Made by a program: the position numbers and the translations under genes | Assembly: GCA_030390025.1 (NCBI GenBank) | Contig: CM059431.1 | Location: 147,622,001-147,686,000 of the forward strand | Direction of reading: 5' to 3' | Length of the DNA stretch: 64,000 nt | Source: Squalus acanthias | Lineage: Eukaryota | The notes under the pieces: generated by a model | Seen by the model: only the letters and a program-made list of their open reading frames with translations | What the model was told of the DNA's origin: nothing | The model's database searches: none | Part shown: piece after piece, positions 12,915 to 24,819 of the stretch | Position numbering within the stretch: the first letter of the stretch is position 1 | How the letters are laid out: the number at the start of each line of letters is the position of its first letter

Positions 12915-14730
12915 CAGGAATATAAATGGAAAAGATTAGCGAATGTACACGTGAGTCCCTGACAGGCAGAGACAGGATAAATTATCATGGGGAATAAGGA
13001 AATGGCAGAGAAATTAGACAAATACTTTCTATCTGTCTTCATGGAAGAAGACAAAAACAACATTCCGGAAATAATGGGAAACCAGGGGTCTCGTGAGAAT
13101 GAGGAATTCAAAGAAATTAGTGTTCGTAAATAAATATTAGTTGAGATATTGATGGGACTAAAAGCCGAAAAATCCCATGGACCTGATGGCCTGCATCCTG
13201 GAGTTTTCAAAGTGGAGTCTGCAGATATCGTGGATGCATTGGTTGTGATCTTCCAAAATTCGCTAGATTCTAAAATGGACCCCGCGGATTGGAAGGTATC
13301 ACAGGTAACCCGGCCATTCAAGAAAACGTGGAGAGAGAAAACAGTGAACTATAGGCCAGTTAGCCTGACATCAATAGTTGTGAAAATGCTAGAATCTATT
13401 ATTAGGGGCGTGGCAACTTATAAAATCATAATATGATTGGGCAGAGTCAACATGGATTAATTTGAAGGGAAAAACTTGTTTGACAATTCTAATAGAGTAT
13501 TTTTTAGGTTGCAACTAACAGGGTAGATAAAGGGGAACCAGTGGATGTATTTTATTTGGCTTTTAAGAAAGCATTCGCTAAGATGCCACATAAGACGTTA
13601 TTACAAAAGATTTGGTCTTATGGGTTGGGGATAATATGTTAGCATGGATTGAGGATTTGTAAAAGTACAGCAAACAGAGATTAGGAATAAATGGTTCATT
13701 ATCGGGATGGCTGGCTGTAACTAGTGTGGTACCGCAAGGATCAGTGCTTGGGCCTCAGATTTTTGCAATCTATATTAAGGACTTAGATGAGGGGAGGGAA
13801 TGTAATGTATCCAAGCTTGCTGACGTTACAACGTTAGGTTGGAAAGTAAGTTGTGAGGATGAGGCACAGAGGCTGCAAAGGGACATAGACATGTTAAGTG
13901 AGTGGTCAAGACCATGGCAGATGAAATATAACGTGGAGAAATGTGAAGTTAACCAGTTTGGTAGGAAAATATAAAAGCAGAATATTTTTAAATGGCGAGA
14001 GATTGGGAAATGTTGGTGTTCAGAGAGATTCGGGTGTAATATACACAAATCACTGAATGTTTACATGTAGTTACAGCAAGCAATTTTGAAAGCAAATGGT
14101 ATATCAGCCTTTATTACAAAAGGTTTGTAGTATTAGATTAGATAAGTCTTATTGCAATTATATCGGGCCCTGGTGAGACCACACCTGGAGTACTGTGCAC
14201 AGTTTTGGTCTCCTTATCTAAAGAATGATATACTTGCTTTAGAGGGAGTGCAACGAAGGTTTAATAGACTGAATCCTGGGATGTCCTAAGAGGAGATATT
14301 GAGTAGACCAGGCCTATATCCCCTAGAGTTTAGAAGAATGAGAGGTGATCTCATTGAAACGTATCTAATTCTTAAAGAGCTTGACAGGGTAAATGCTGGG
14401 AGGATGTTTCCCCTCTCTGGGTAGTCTAGAATTAGGCGTCACAGTCTCAGAATAAGTGATCGCCCATATCGAAATGAGAGCAGGAGACATTTGTTCACTC
14501 AAAGTCTGGCGAATCTTTGCAATTTTCCACCCCAAAGGGCTGTGGATGTTCAGTCGTTGAGCGTATTCAAGACAGCGATCGATAGATTTTTGGATACTAT
14601 TGAATCAAGGTATATGGGGATAGGGCAGGAAGCTGCAGCTGAGGTAGAAGATCAGTCATGATCTTGTAGAAGGGCGGAGCAGGCTCCAAGGGCCGATGGG
14701 CCTACACCTGCTACTATTGCTTATGTTCTT
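12915..14730 (+). mobile_element. Degenerate 5'-truncated CR1 LINE
   Basis: KSHGPDGLHP...NYRPVSLTS (13149-13436), VPQGSVLGP (13726-13974), tail ending TTATGTTCTTA near 14730. Confidence 0.92.
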
Positions 14731-15480
14731 ACTTGTGTCCCCCAGTGCATATACCAACAGTACTGCAAAACTGATCATTAATTGTGTCCAAGCAGTACCT
14801 ATACCACCATTGCTGCAAAACTGGTCAGTACTTGTGTCCCAGCAGTAGGTGTTCCACCAGTGCTGTAAAAGTAGAGTCATCGCCATAAGTGTTGGGTCAC
14901 CGTCAGTGCAACAAGAGTGGGGCCTCGAACAGGAATAGAATCAGCTATAGCAGTGGAAGAGCATTGTCACCTCTGGCACAACTGTAGGCACCCTATTACT
15001 GGAGGAGCAGGGTCACATCTCGTTCAGTGGAGGGGTACCACTAGTATATTACAAGCAAGATCACCACTGGTGTAAGTTTATGGAAGCACCAGTACCGGAC
15101 GACCAGGTTCACCACTAGTTTAAGTACAGGGCCACCACTAATGCTGGAGGAGGACGGTCACCTCTCCTGTAAATGTAGATTGCTACCTGGACCGAAGGTG
15201 CACTTTCTCCACTAGTGTAAGTGTAGTGGTTCCACTAGCACAGGAGCAGCACGCTCACGTCTAGTCTAAGTGTAGGTGTACTACATATACAGAAGGAACA
15301 CCGTTACTTTTAATGCTGCAGGATTGTGGTCATCACCAATATTGAACGATTTGGTTCACCGCATGTTCTGGATGAGTTGGAGCACTAGGATTGATTCAAG
15401 CGCAGGGCCAGGGTGTGAAGTGCAAGGGGAGCTGCCTTCACTGCTCCAGGGGAAGAGGGTCAGCACCAGTACTGGGAGAT
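14731..15480 (+). repeat. Degenerate ~48-bp minisatellite upstream of GPCR copy 1
   Basis: Recurring CCACTAGTGTAAGTGTAG / GGAGGAGCA motifs; reverse complement of the repeat at 39911-40355. Confidence 0.65.
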
Positions 15481-15559
15481 TACACTTTTTACTCGCAAAG
15501 AATGTTTTTGGAAAATTTCCAAGCACAATTTAAAACAATTATCTTAATCTGACGTATGA

Positions 15560-15744
15560 GACAAAAAAAACAACTTGCCTGAGCCTATTTGTTAAATGAC
15601 TGTAACTAATGTTAATTATGATTTAACCTGCTTGACTCGCTGGAGGATTGATGTGTGGATAAATATAGGTTCCCTTCCATTGCCTCAGCCGTGCGCCAGT
15701 CAGAGACTTTCAGCTCCTACAGAATTCATCAATTCTCACAGAAA
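15560..15744 (+). promoter_or_regulatory. Proximal promoter/5' UTR of GPCR copy 1
   Basis: Aligns with 35027-35210 (minus); TAAT-rich block and TATA-like GATAAATATAGG about 85 nt before ATG. Confidence 0.6.
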
Positions 15745-15814
15745 ATGGGGCGACCAACTATTCTGCTGATAAAAGAGATTTACTACCCGATTGTCACAGC
15801 TGTCGGTGTCCCCG
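15745..15814 (+). CDS. gpr139-like: GPR139-like GPCR copy 1, exon 1 (MGRPTILLIKEIYYPIVTAVGVP, phase-1 donor)
   Basis: ATG at 15745, 70 nt, then GTGAGC; same exon in copy 2; YY...GxP-A start of TM1 as in GPR139. Confidence 0.85.
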
Positions 15815-16254
15815 GTGAGCCATTTTAACCTGTTTATTGTCAATCGGCGTTAACTGTGTCCTTCTTCTTTCTGCCTGTTGGTTAAGGTAACGCGTTCTCC
15901 GATGTCAGCATTACACAGTCAACAGTGACTCGACCTACTAATGAACCGCCTGCCCACAGTTCCGTGTTCCCTTAATATGAACAAGTTAATGATGTTACAA
16001 TGTTCTTTGAAGCTCCAAACAATAATTTTAGTGCATTTCCGGACCGTCTTGTTCCTCCGTGCAGAGTGAGCGCTGCAGCAGCTCATTAAAATGTGTGGGT
16101 GGGTTTCCCAGGTAATGGCTCCAAAACTAATCTGTTCTCACACTGCTCCGTGTGGATAATCACACTGAATGGAATAAAATGCTCTCCCAGGTATCTCCAT
16201 ATATATGTCAATCAGACACTTGAACATTATTTCTCTCCTCTCTCTTTCTTTAAG

Positions 16255-17159
16255 CAAAGTTGCTGACAATTGTGATTCTCTCCCGAGGAAACTGCGGCCT
16301 TTCCAAGTGTATCTCTGTCTACATGGTGGCCATGGCAACAGCAGATCTACTGGTCATGATCTTCAATGTAATGGTGTATTATACTCTCAGTTATCACTTT
16401 CCACTTTCATTCCTGTCCCACACTCCCGTGTGTCGGGTCATTCTATACATGGGTATTATCACATTAGATTTGTCGGTTTGGTTCTCCTTCACATTTGATC
16501 GATTTGTAGCTCTCTGCTACCAGAAGTTTAAAGCAAGGTATTGGACTGCGCGATCTGCGGCCGCGGTTATAACAACGTTCTCTGTTTTGAGTTGTTTTAA
16601 GGATATTCCCGTTTTGTTTGTATATAAACCTCAGCAAATAATTAACAAGGTGCAGTGGGGCTGCGGGTCAAGTGTGCCATTTTTTTCATCACCTCCACGT
16701 GTAGCTTACGTCTGGTTTCACAGCGCCTGGGTTGTTTGGCGTCCTTTTACTTTAATCGCCTTGTTTAATACTTTAACGGTCCGACGTATTTTAGTGGCCA
16801 GCAGAGCCCGCAGGAGACTCCGGGGTCACAGGAGTGAGAATCACGGCGATCCAGAGACGGAGAACCGAAGGAAATCCTGTATTTTACTCTTCACTATTTC
16901 GGGCAGTTTTATACTATTGTGGCTGACAGCTGCCGTGAGTTTTGTATCTACCAGACTGACAAACCCTACTAATTACCGAGGCGACCGCACAAATCCTGGA
17001 TATATCGCCACTGAAACCGGAGCTCTGCTGAAGTTTTTGAGTTGCCTTCAAAACCCGTGCATTTATGCAGCGACCCAGAGGAAATTCAGGGAAGAGCTGA
17101 AGAATGTGGTGAAATATCCCTGGACCCTGATTCTGAGATTAGTTAGAAAATGCGGATAA
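16255..17159 (+). CDS. gpr139-like: GPR139-like class A GPCR copy 1, exon 2 (about 324 aa spliced; possibly decaying)
   Basis: Pyrimidine tract and AG at 16253-16254; 7TM pattern TIVILS, AMATADL, FTFDRF, RRKS..LLF, NPCIYAATQRKFR. Confidence 0.88.
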
Positions 17160-17339
17160 AATGAATCAAGTCAATCGAAAGCGTCTTTGTAACTGAAGCT
17201 CAATTTCAACTGTTCTTCTATCGCATAACGTCCATTTTCTGGTAAAGTAAAAATTGGGAGACTTCTTGTGTAAACATGTTTTCCATTTTGTAGCATACAT
17301 TTGATATTGGCATTGCTTTAGTTTTCACGCTCATGTCAG

Positions 17340-18385
17340 AAAGGAAGTGAATTTCTTGAGAGTGTTCGGGATAATTTTCTGCAACAATATGTTCTACAAC
17401 CAACAATGGGGAATGCCGAATTGGAATGAATGATGAGTAATGAGCCACATTTATTTAGCAGCCTAACGGTGCGTGAACATTTATCCAATAGCGATCGTAA
17501 CATGATCGCGAAACAGCTAAGATGCTAGAATTAGGTAAGGCCGACTTCAATGCTATGAGGCAGAGACTGTCCAGAGTAAACTGCGTAATTCTGTTAATGG
17601 GTAAAACGACAGAAGATCAGTGGGAGGTGTTCCAAAAATAATTTAATGTGATGCAGATCAGTTTATACCTCTAAGAGACAACTTGCCAATAAGTCTTGGG
17701 GGTCTGAGGAGGTAAGGGACAACCTAAATAAAAGCAAACACATATAAAATGCAAAAACTGGCTCAGATCCTGGCAACTGGGAGAGGTACAAAGAACAGCA
17801 AAATGTGACAGGGCGAGGGACGTTGAAGGCAAATTATCGATATGGTTAAGAAAGTGGCTGAGCGGCAGGAGACAGACAGTAAGGATAATGAAGAGATATT
17901 CTAACTGGCAGGATGTGAAAAGTGGTGTCGTGCAAGGATCTTTTTTGGGGCCTCAAATTTTCACCATATTTATTAACGACTGATATGACGGGACAGAAAG
18001 CAAAATACCCACGTTTGCCGATGTTACAAAGTTAGGTGGCATTGCAAGTAGTGTAGATGCAAGCATAAAATTACAAGGGCTATTAATAGATTTAGCGAAT
18101 GGGCAAAACTGTGGCTAATGTATTTCAATGTAGGCAATTGTGAGGTCTTCCACTTTGGACCTAAAAAGGATAGGACAGAGTAAGTTCTAAATGGTGAAAA
18201 GCTAGAAGCAGTGGAGATCGAAAGATACTTGTGGGTCCTGGTGCATAGCTCATTAAAATGCCATGGACAGGAACAGAAAATAATCAGAAAGGCGAACAGA
18301 ATGCTGTCCTTTATATCCAGAGGTCTACAATTAAAGGGGGTAGAACTTATGCGCAGATATACAAAGCCCTGGTTAGACCACTGAG
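17340..18385 (+). mobile_element. Old CR1 ORF2 remnant with internal deletions
   Basis: Degenerate SGVxQGS.LGP, FAD and AAAGCCCTGGTTAGACCAC segments. Confidence 0.75.
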
Positions 18386-18765
18386 CCCGGAATGCCATTG
18401 TTGTGTCTGAAGCCGGTGCCGAGGTCGATGCCGTGTGGTCCTTCTGGTTTTATTCTTATTATTGTTTCTTGTAGCGGTTTTTTACAACTGTGTTGATTGC
18501 TAGGCTATTTCAGAGGGCAGTTAAGAGTCAACTACATTGCCGTGGTGCTGGCGTCACATATAGACCAGACCAGGTAAGGACAGCAGGTTTCCTTCCCTAA
18601 ACCAGATTGCTTTTACGACAATCCGGCAGTTTCATGGTCAGAATTACTGATAGTAGCTTTTTAAATCCAGATTTATTGAACTAAATTAAATTAAATTCCC
18701 CAGCTGCCATGTTGGGGTTTGTACTCCCATCTCCAGATTATTAGCCCAGGCCTCTCGATTACTAG
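18386..18765 (-). mobile_element. Putative tRNA-headed SINE or LINE 5' fragment inserted into CR1
   Basis: Non-CR1 block interrupting the CR1; degenerate B-box-like GAGTACAAACCCC on minus near 18713-18725; family assignment from recollection only. Confidence 0.45.
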
Positions 18766-18769
18766 GTCA

Positions 18770-19050
18770 ACTGTAAAAAAATAGAGCCAGGCCTTTCAGG
18801 AACTAAATTAGGACACACCTCTGAACACAAAGGGTAGTAGAAGTTTGGAGCTCTCTTCCGCAAGCAGAAGTTGATGCTGGATCAAGTGTTAACTTTAAAC
18901 CTGAGATTGATAGATTTTTGTTAACCAAAGGTATTAAGGGATATGGGGCAAAGGCGGGTATATGGATTTAGATCGCAGATCAACCACGATCTCATTGAAA
19001 GGCAGATCATGCTTGAGGGGCTAAATGGCCTACTCCTGTTCATATGTTCC
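18770..19050 (+). mobile_element. CR1 3' end (continuation of the 17340-18385 copy)
   Basis: Tail GATCAACCACGATCTCATTGAA...GGCCTACTCCTGTTCATATGTTCC. Confidence 0.8.
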
Positions 19051-19744
19051 GATGATTTATTTGCTGAGTTTTCATAACCTATTCCTGCAAATTTAGCACA
19101 TTTCAAGTTCAGGGATCAAAGATAACAATGATGAGGTTCAGCAGAGGATTCGGACGTGTGGGCAACAGAGGATCCACCTTACACTGCAGGTACTGGGATC
19201 AGGCGCGCCACTTTCAAATCAATAAAATTTAATTCGGTGCCGAAACATTCAAAGGTCTTGCGATCGCCGATATTGGTAACTTTCCTGGAAGTTTGGTGTG
19301 TATATTGCAGGCGCGGGTCTCTCTGTCAGACTCCATTCCTCATTGACAAATAGAGCGGGCTTTTGTCACGTGATCAGTTGTTCGCATGGAGGAAACAGGC
19401 GGAACTCGGATCATCGATGTAACCTTTCACCTCTTTTGTCCCAGATACTGACAGAAAATCTCAATTGTGCGCTGACTGGTGTCTCTCACTCAGCACAAAG
19501 ATGGACTTGTTTTGCGCTGTCGATAAAAGTTTCCTGAGTAATATTATTGGTATTCTGTCTCAATCAGTCTAAATAGTAAAGAAATGTAAAATGAATGCTT
19601 ATTCATAAAGTTATTAATTATTACATTTGCTGCAAGTTATCTGTAAAAAAACACTTCCAGAGATTCAGATAAAACAAAACAGATATTATGTATTCTGTGG
19701 TTGGCTGAACATTTGCAGACGTTCAGAAATAATCTTTAGTAATT

Positions 19745-20830
19745 ATAGAAACAGAACATTGAAAAATAGGAGCAGGAGTAGGCCATTCGGCCCTTCTAGC
19801 CTGTTCCGCCAATCAATATGTTCATGGCTGATCCTCTATCTGAATTCCCTATTCCCGCTCTCTACCTGTACCCCTTGATGCCTTTTGTGTTTAGAAATCT
19901 ACCTACCCCCTTCTTAAATATATTCAGTGACTTGGCCTCACAGCTGTATGTGGTCGAGAATTCCACAGGTTCACCACCCTCTGAGTGAAGAAATTTCTCC
20001 TCATCTCAATCCTAAATGTCCTACCATTGAGACTGTGACTCCTGAGACTGTGACCCCTCGTTCCAGACTCCCCAGTGAGGGGAAACATCCTCCCTATATC
20101 CAGTTTGTCTTGCACTGTCAGAACTGTATACGTATCCACGAGTTAACCTCTCATTCTTATAAACTCTAGTGAATACAGGCCTAGTCGACCCAATCTCTCC
20201 ATCCTACCACAGTCCTGCAATCACAGGAATCAGCCTTCGCGGCACTCCCTCTATGGCAAGTATATCCTTTCTTAGGTAAGGAGACCAAAACTGCACACAG
20301 TACCTCAGGTGTGGTCTCACCAAGACCCTGTATAACTGCAGTAAGACATCCTTGCTCAAGTACTCAAATCCTCTTGCAATGAAGGCCAACATGCCATTTG
20401 CCTTCCTAACTGCTTGCTGCACCTGCATGATTGCTTTCAGTGACTGGTGTACAAGGACACCCAGGTCCCTTTCTGCATCAATATTTCCCAATCTATCACC
20501 AGTTAAATAATAATCTGCCTTTCTGTTTTTCCAACCGAAGTAGATAACTTCACAATTATCCACGTTATACTGCATCTGCCATGTATTTGCCCACTCACTC
20601 AACTTGTCTCAATCGCCTTGAAGCCTCTTTGCATCCTCCTCACAACTCACAATCTCACATAGTTTTGTGTCGTCAGCAAACTTGTACATATTATATTTGG
20701 TTCCCTCATTCAAATCATTGATATATATTGTGAATAGCTGGGGCTCAAGCACTGTTCCCTGCGGTACTCCACTAGTCACCGCCTGCCACCCCGAAAAAGA
20801 CCCTTTTATTCATACTTTCTGTTTCCTGTT
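19745..20830 (-). mobile_element. 5'-truncated CR1 LINE (RT C-terminus and tail)
   Basis: ORFs 20204-20602 and 19924-20139; tail AGGAGCAGGAGTAGGCCATTCGGCCC. Confidence 0.92.
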
Positions 20831-21029
20831 CCTACTCTCTTTTTACCGTTTTATTATGCGGTTGCGTATTGTTCCAAATAATAATTGAAAAATACCAGCA
20901 AATTTGAATCAGTTACAAATTGTTCATCGGTGATCTCGCCTGATTGTGCAAGAAACACCAAGGAATGGGAGCAGAGTCTCAATGTGAAGAAGCTGAAGGG
21001 TGCGGGTGAACAGCGAGCGTTGGGGATGC

Positions 21030-21690
21030 ACATAATCAATTCATAGAAAGTGTGTTTTCAGGTGGATAAGTCCATGAGAATCCAACAGAAATTGGAGTTT
21101 TATAGACGTAGGCATAGATCACAAGAGTAAACAAGTGATGATGAATCATTGCAAAACACTGATGAGGCCACCATTAGAACATCAGGTGCAGCTTCGGCCC
21201 CTCATTGTGGAAAGGCGATTAAATCCACTGAGAGCGGGCAGTGTAGATACATCAGAATAGTGCCATGGATCAGGACTCTACTGGTGATGAGGGGCATGAT
21301 ATTGGGACTGTTTGCACTGGAGTAGCGAAAGCTAAGAGGAGATTTAATGCAGGTTTTAAGAATTATGAACGGTTTTGGCATAGTAAAGAGGGAGAGATCA
21401 TTCCAACTAGTTGGAGAGCGAGCAATAAAGGGTGATCGACTTAAAATGGCCACAAAGGGAATGAGCAGAGAGATTAGCGGTAACATTTTTATGTAAGGGT
21501 TGCTGGAGCATGGAATGTGTTGCCTCAGATAATATTTAAGGGGAAATTAGGTGAATATTTGAAGCAGAGAAAATAAATGTCTGTGGAGAGAGAGGAGGAC
21601 AGTGCAGATAGTTTTTGCTTGCTGTATCAAATAACCCAGTACAGAGAGAATGGGTCAAATGACCTACTCCCACCCAATACATTTCTATGG
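21030..21690 (+). mobile_element. Old CR1 3' fragment
   Basis: Degenerate RPxLExxVQ and RGDL segments, tail-like ATGGGTCAAATGACCTACTCC. Confidence 0.6.
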
Positions 21691-22099
21691 TTTTAAAGTG
21701 TTTCGTACGTTGGTATGATTTTCATTTTTTTGGGGTTTCTAAGATACCCTCATCCCCTTTATGATTCTGTTAAACAAAATATTATAAATTAACCGGTAAC
21801 AAGGAAGAACCCAAAGGTTCAATAGTCACCCGTCCCTTACTGGTTCCCATTTGTCGATAACCTACTTTCATTTTGTAATGAGCTGTCTGTGCAGTGCCAG
21901 ATCTCCCACCCATCCCATAATTCCTCACCGTTTGTAGATGTGGAACCTTGTCCACTGATTGGTTAAAATCCTACTGTGTCATTCTAACTGCATTTCCCCT
22001 GCCCTACAGGCCAGTGATGTGTTTCAGAAACTCCAGCAGCTAAGTTAAAGATGACACATCGTCCCTCAAACCAATATAATTCCCTTTTACATTGCTCCT

Positions 22100-22700
22100 C
22101 TCCCAGGTGCTCACCCACGAGATCTCATGGGCCGCACCAACCAATAAAAGAACGGAATCCCCATTCATACTTATGGGAGTTCGAAACAACAGAATCCCCA
22201 TAAGTATGAATGGCGATCACTTAATAAATACACGAACACATGAAAAAAATGAAAATAAATTACATATTTAAAATTAATTAAAATACCATTTAATCAAATA
22301 TTTTAAACAAAAATTTAATTTTTTGAAAAATATTAACGGGGCTAAAAATAATTTTCCCTTATCGGACAGGGTTTTTATTGCATAAGTGAGTAAAAATATA
22401 TATTTTTCTATATTTGATAACTCTTATGCTGGTAAAAGCATTATGGCAGATGCTCCGAATTTACCTGGAGGTCCGGGAGGTACAGAAAGCATCATGCATG
22501 CTTTTACCAGGCAAAAGAATTTCACGGGCATTCAGTGGGCGGACGATGGGCAAATAGTGCTACTCTCGCCCGCGGAGGCCCTTTTCCCGGGGATGCAGAG
22601 GATCCGCAAAGAAAATTCTTCACAGATCCCAGGTCTTTCATTTGCTGTGGGCAAGGGCCCGCCCGAAACCTCACATCCGGGACACTCCAGTCGAACCCTG
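22100..22700. mobile_element. Hairpin-rich non-autonomous element fragment (MITE-like)
   Basis: Perfect inverted repeats 22161-22177/22197-22213 and 22429-22441/22498-22510 around an AT-rich core; architecture like 50020-50762; termini not identified. Confidence 0.5.
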
Positions 22701-24176
22701 ATCTCTTTCTTGCTCAGTTTAGAAGATTATTCTTTAATTTTCTTTCGTATAATTTACAAGTTAAGAATCAGCAAAGTACATTTTAAATATGTTGACAAAT
22801 TCCCCTTTATATAAGGATCCAATCTCTTCATTTAAAGATTTTATCGAATCGCTGTTGATATCATTTCACCGATCCGTATTTAAAAGCTGAAAACAAAATA
22901 CTTCTGACATTTTATAAATTCAAGTGGAGCCTTCTCCGTCTATTTTGTTTGACTCTTCCCGCTCTCTTTCTCTTCATAGCCCCACTCTCCTGCTTCAATT
23001 TCTTTCTGTCAGATCCCGCACTCTGCCAGATCCCAGTCCCACAGGTTCCCGCACTCTGCCAGTTCCCGATGTCCCCTTTGTTGGAGAATGGCCCCTCGTT
23101 TATCAGAGGGATAAAATTCAAATCAATCTATTATTGTTCTCACAAGGATTGTTGGGTTTACCTCATTTCGACTGTGTGGACAATTCTGGCAACCTAATCA
23201 TAAAAATGACATTTCTGCACTTTATAGGTCACACAGCTCAGTATCAGAGATGCCAGGGATTCACAATTCCAGCTTTGAAGAAATTATAGAAAATCCTGCT
23301 TTCTATCTTTAGAAAAGAGGAAACCTCCAGCTGATCTAATGTCAGTTTTAATGTTACAAGAGAATGCACAAATTACCCAAATTCCTCACTGTATCAACGA
23401 GTTCAATCATAAAGATCTACAGGTTTAAAATGTGAAATTAAAAGTTAGACGGGAAGCCGGGCCGAACATTTCAGCTCACTGGTTAACTGTATTCTGTATG
23501 TTATTTACTGAATTACCAGGGGGGTCATTCGGTACAAACCAATTTATCTGCTTCTTAAGTTGACAACTATGTTATGGAAAGTTTATCACATGACAAATAT
23601 CAGCTTCTGTAAACAAACTGCAACATCGATGTGCTGCGTAACACAGGCAAAGGTAAACTGATGAACTTCAATCTGAGGAGTTTAACAAACAAGATATACA
23701 ATGAAAAAAGCAAGAAAATTATCTTGAAAGAAGGGAAGATTATCAAAATGTATACCTTTAAGTGTAATACTCCTGCCATTATATTTACTGCAGTTTATGA
23801 GGCAATAATAGGAACTCTATTATTTAACGTTATTTTGTTAAGTTGTCGATTTATCCTAATCATCCTCACAGTTGTTAATGGGATAGTCAGTGGTGCCTGT
23901 CCCGACCGTAACAAATCCAAAGCTTGCGACCCAGTTATATGCACTCGATTGAAGTACAAACAGAGGAATTCGCTGTGTTATGTAGAAGGGGCCCCTACAC
24001 AGCATCAAATGCACGGAATCTCCTATGTTGCGAATCCAAATATTTTCCCACGTCGTGGAGATCCCATTGTCGAAAAGCTGGATTTTATTATCCTGAAAGA
24101 TATATACTGAGGAAGAAGATGAATCCTTCATTCACTCCTTTAGCTCCTCACTAAGGAATTGGACTAAAGAGAAGTA

Positions 24177-24304
24177 GGGTCGGGGTTATGCTGCATTCCA
24201 GAATTGAGAGTTAAACGGATTGGTTGCACTAATAAGCTACAGCATTCTGGGAATTGTAGTCCACCCGTGACAGAGACACTAACTGAACTGGTGCATTATG
24301 GGAG
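24177..24304. promoter_or_regulatory. ZNF143/Staf sites plus CCAAT box (orphan promoter-like site)
   Basis: Minus strand ACTACAATTCCCAGAATGC (24242-24260) and CTCCCATAATGCAC (24291-24304); ATTGG at 24219-24223. Confidence 0.6.
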
Positions 24305-24819
24305 ACCGGCTGAGATTTTTGATTCTGAAAGTTGAGCAAAGTATAAGGATCCGGCTTCAAAAAGAGATATGCCGTTGGGGTGAAACTACAGGATGCATTT
24401 CTCACAGATACTTGCGGATAAACTCAATATGTTTAGTTTCAATTCCAATTTTAAACGATTTTTTAATGAATTTATTACCTTTACTAATGATTGGATATGG
24501 TGCGTGATGCGCTTCAATTGAACTACTAGCAATAATAAAAAATAATTGCTAAAGTTTTCTGACTGATTCAAATTTCTCTTAAAGGAAATGACCCTTACTT
24601 AAATGTTAGTGCTAATTAATGAGAATGGTCTTGTGGAGGGTTCACGTGAATTTGTGCCTTTTTCTTCAGTCTGAGCTCTTCACTCTGAGCCCACGTCTCC
24701 CAAAGGTAGTTCAAGATTCCATATCCGCTCCCAAGAATCGGTATCTCCGCTTTCCTAGTGCAGAATTTGTTAAATTTTACACCCTACACTGCGACTGACT
24801 GCGAACAATGGCACGGGGA

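Noticed and set aside
16205-16498. Overlapping ORF conserved in both receptor copies (also 34360-34698)
   Set aside because: Alternate frame across the intron/exon boundary; similarity follows from the DNA duplication
22924-23289. ORFs around a 24-bp tandem duplication after a pyrimidine tract
   Set aside because: Acceptor-like site but no donor or recognisable product
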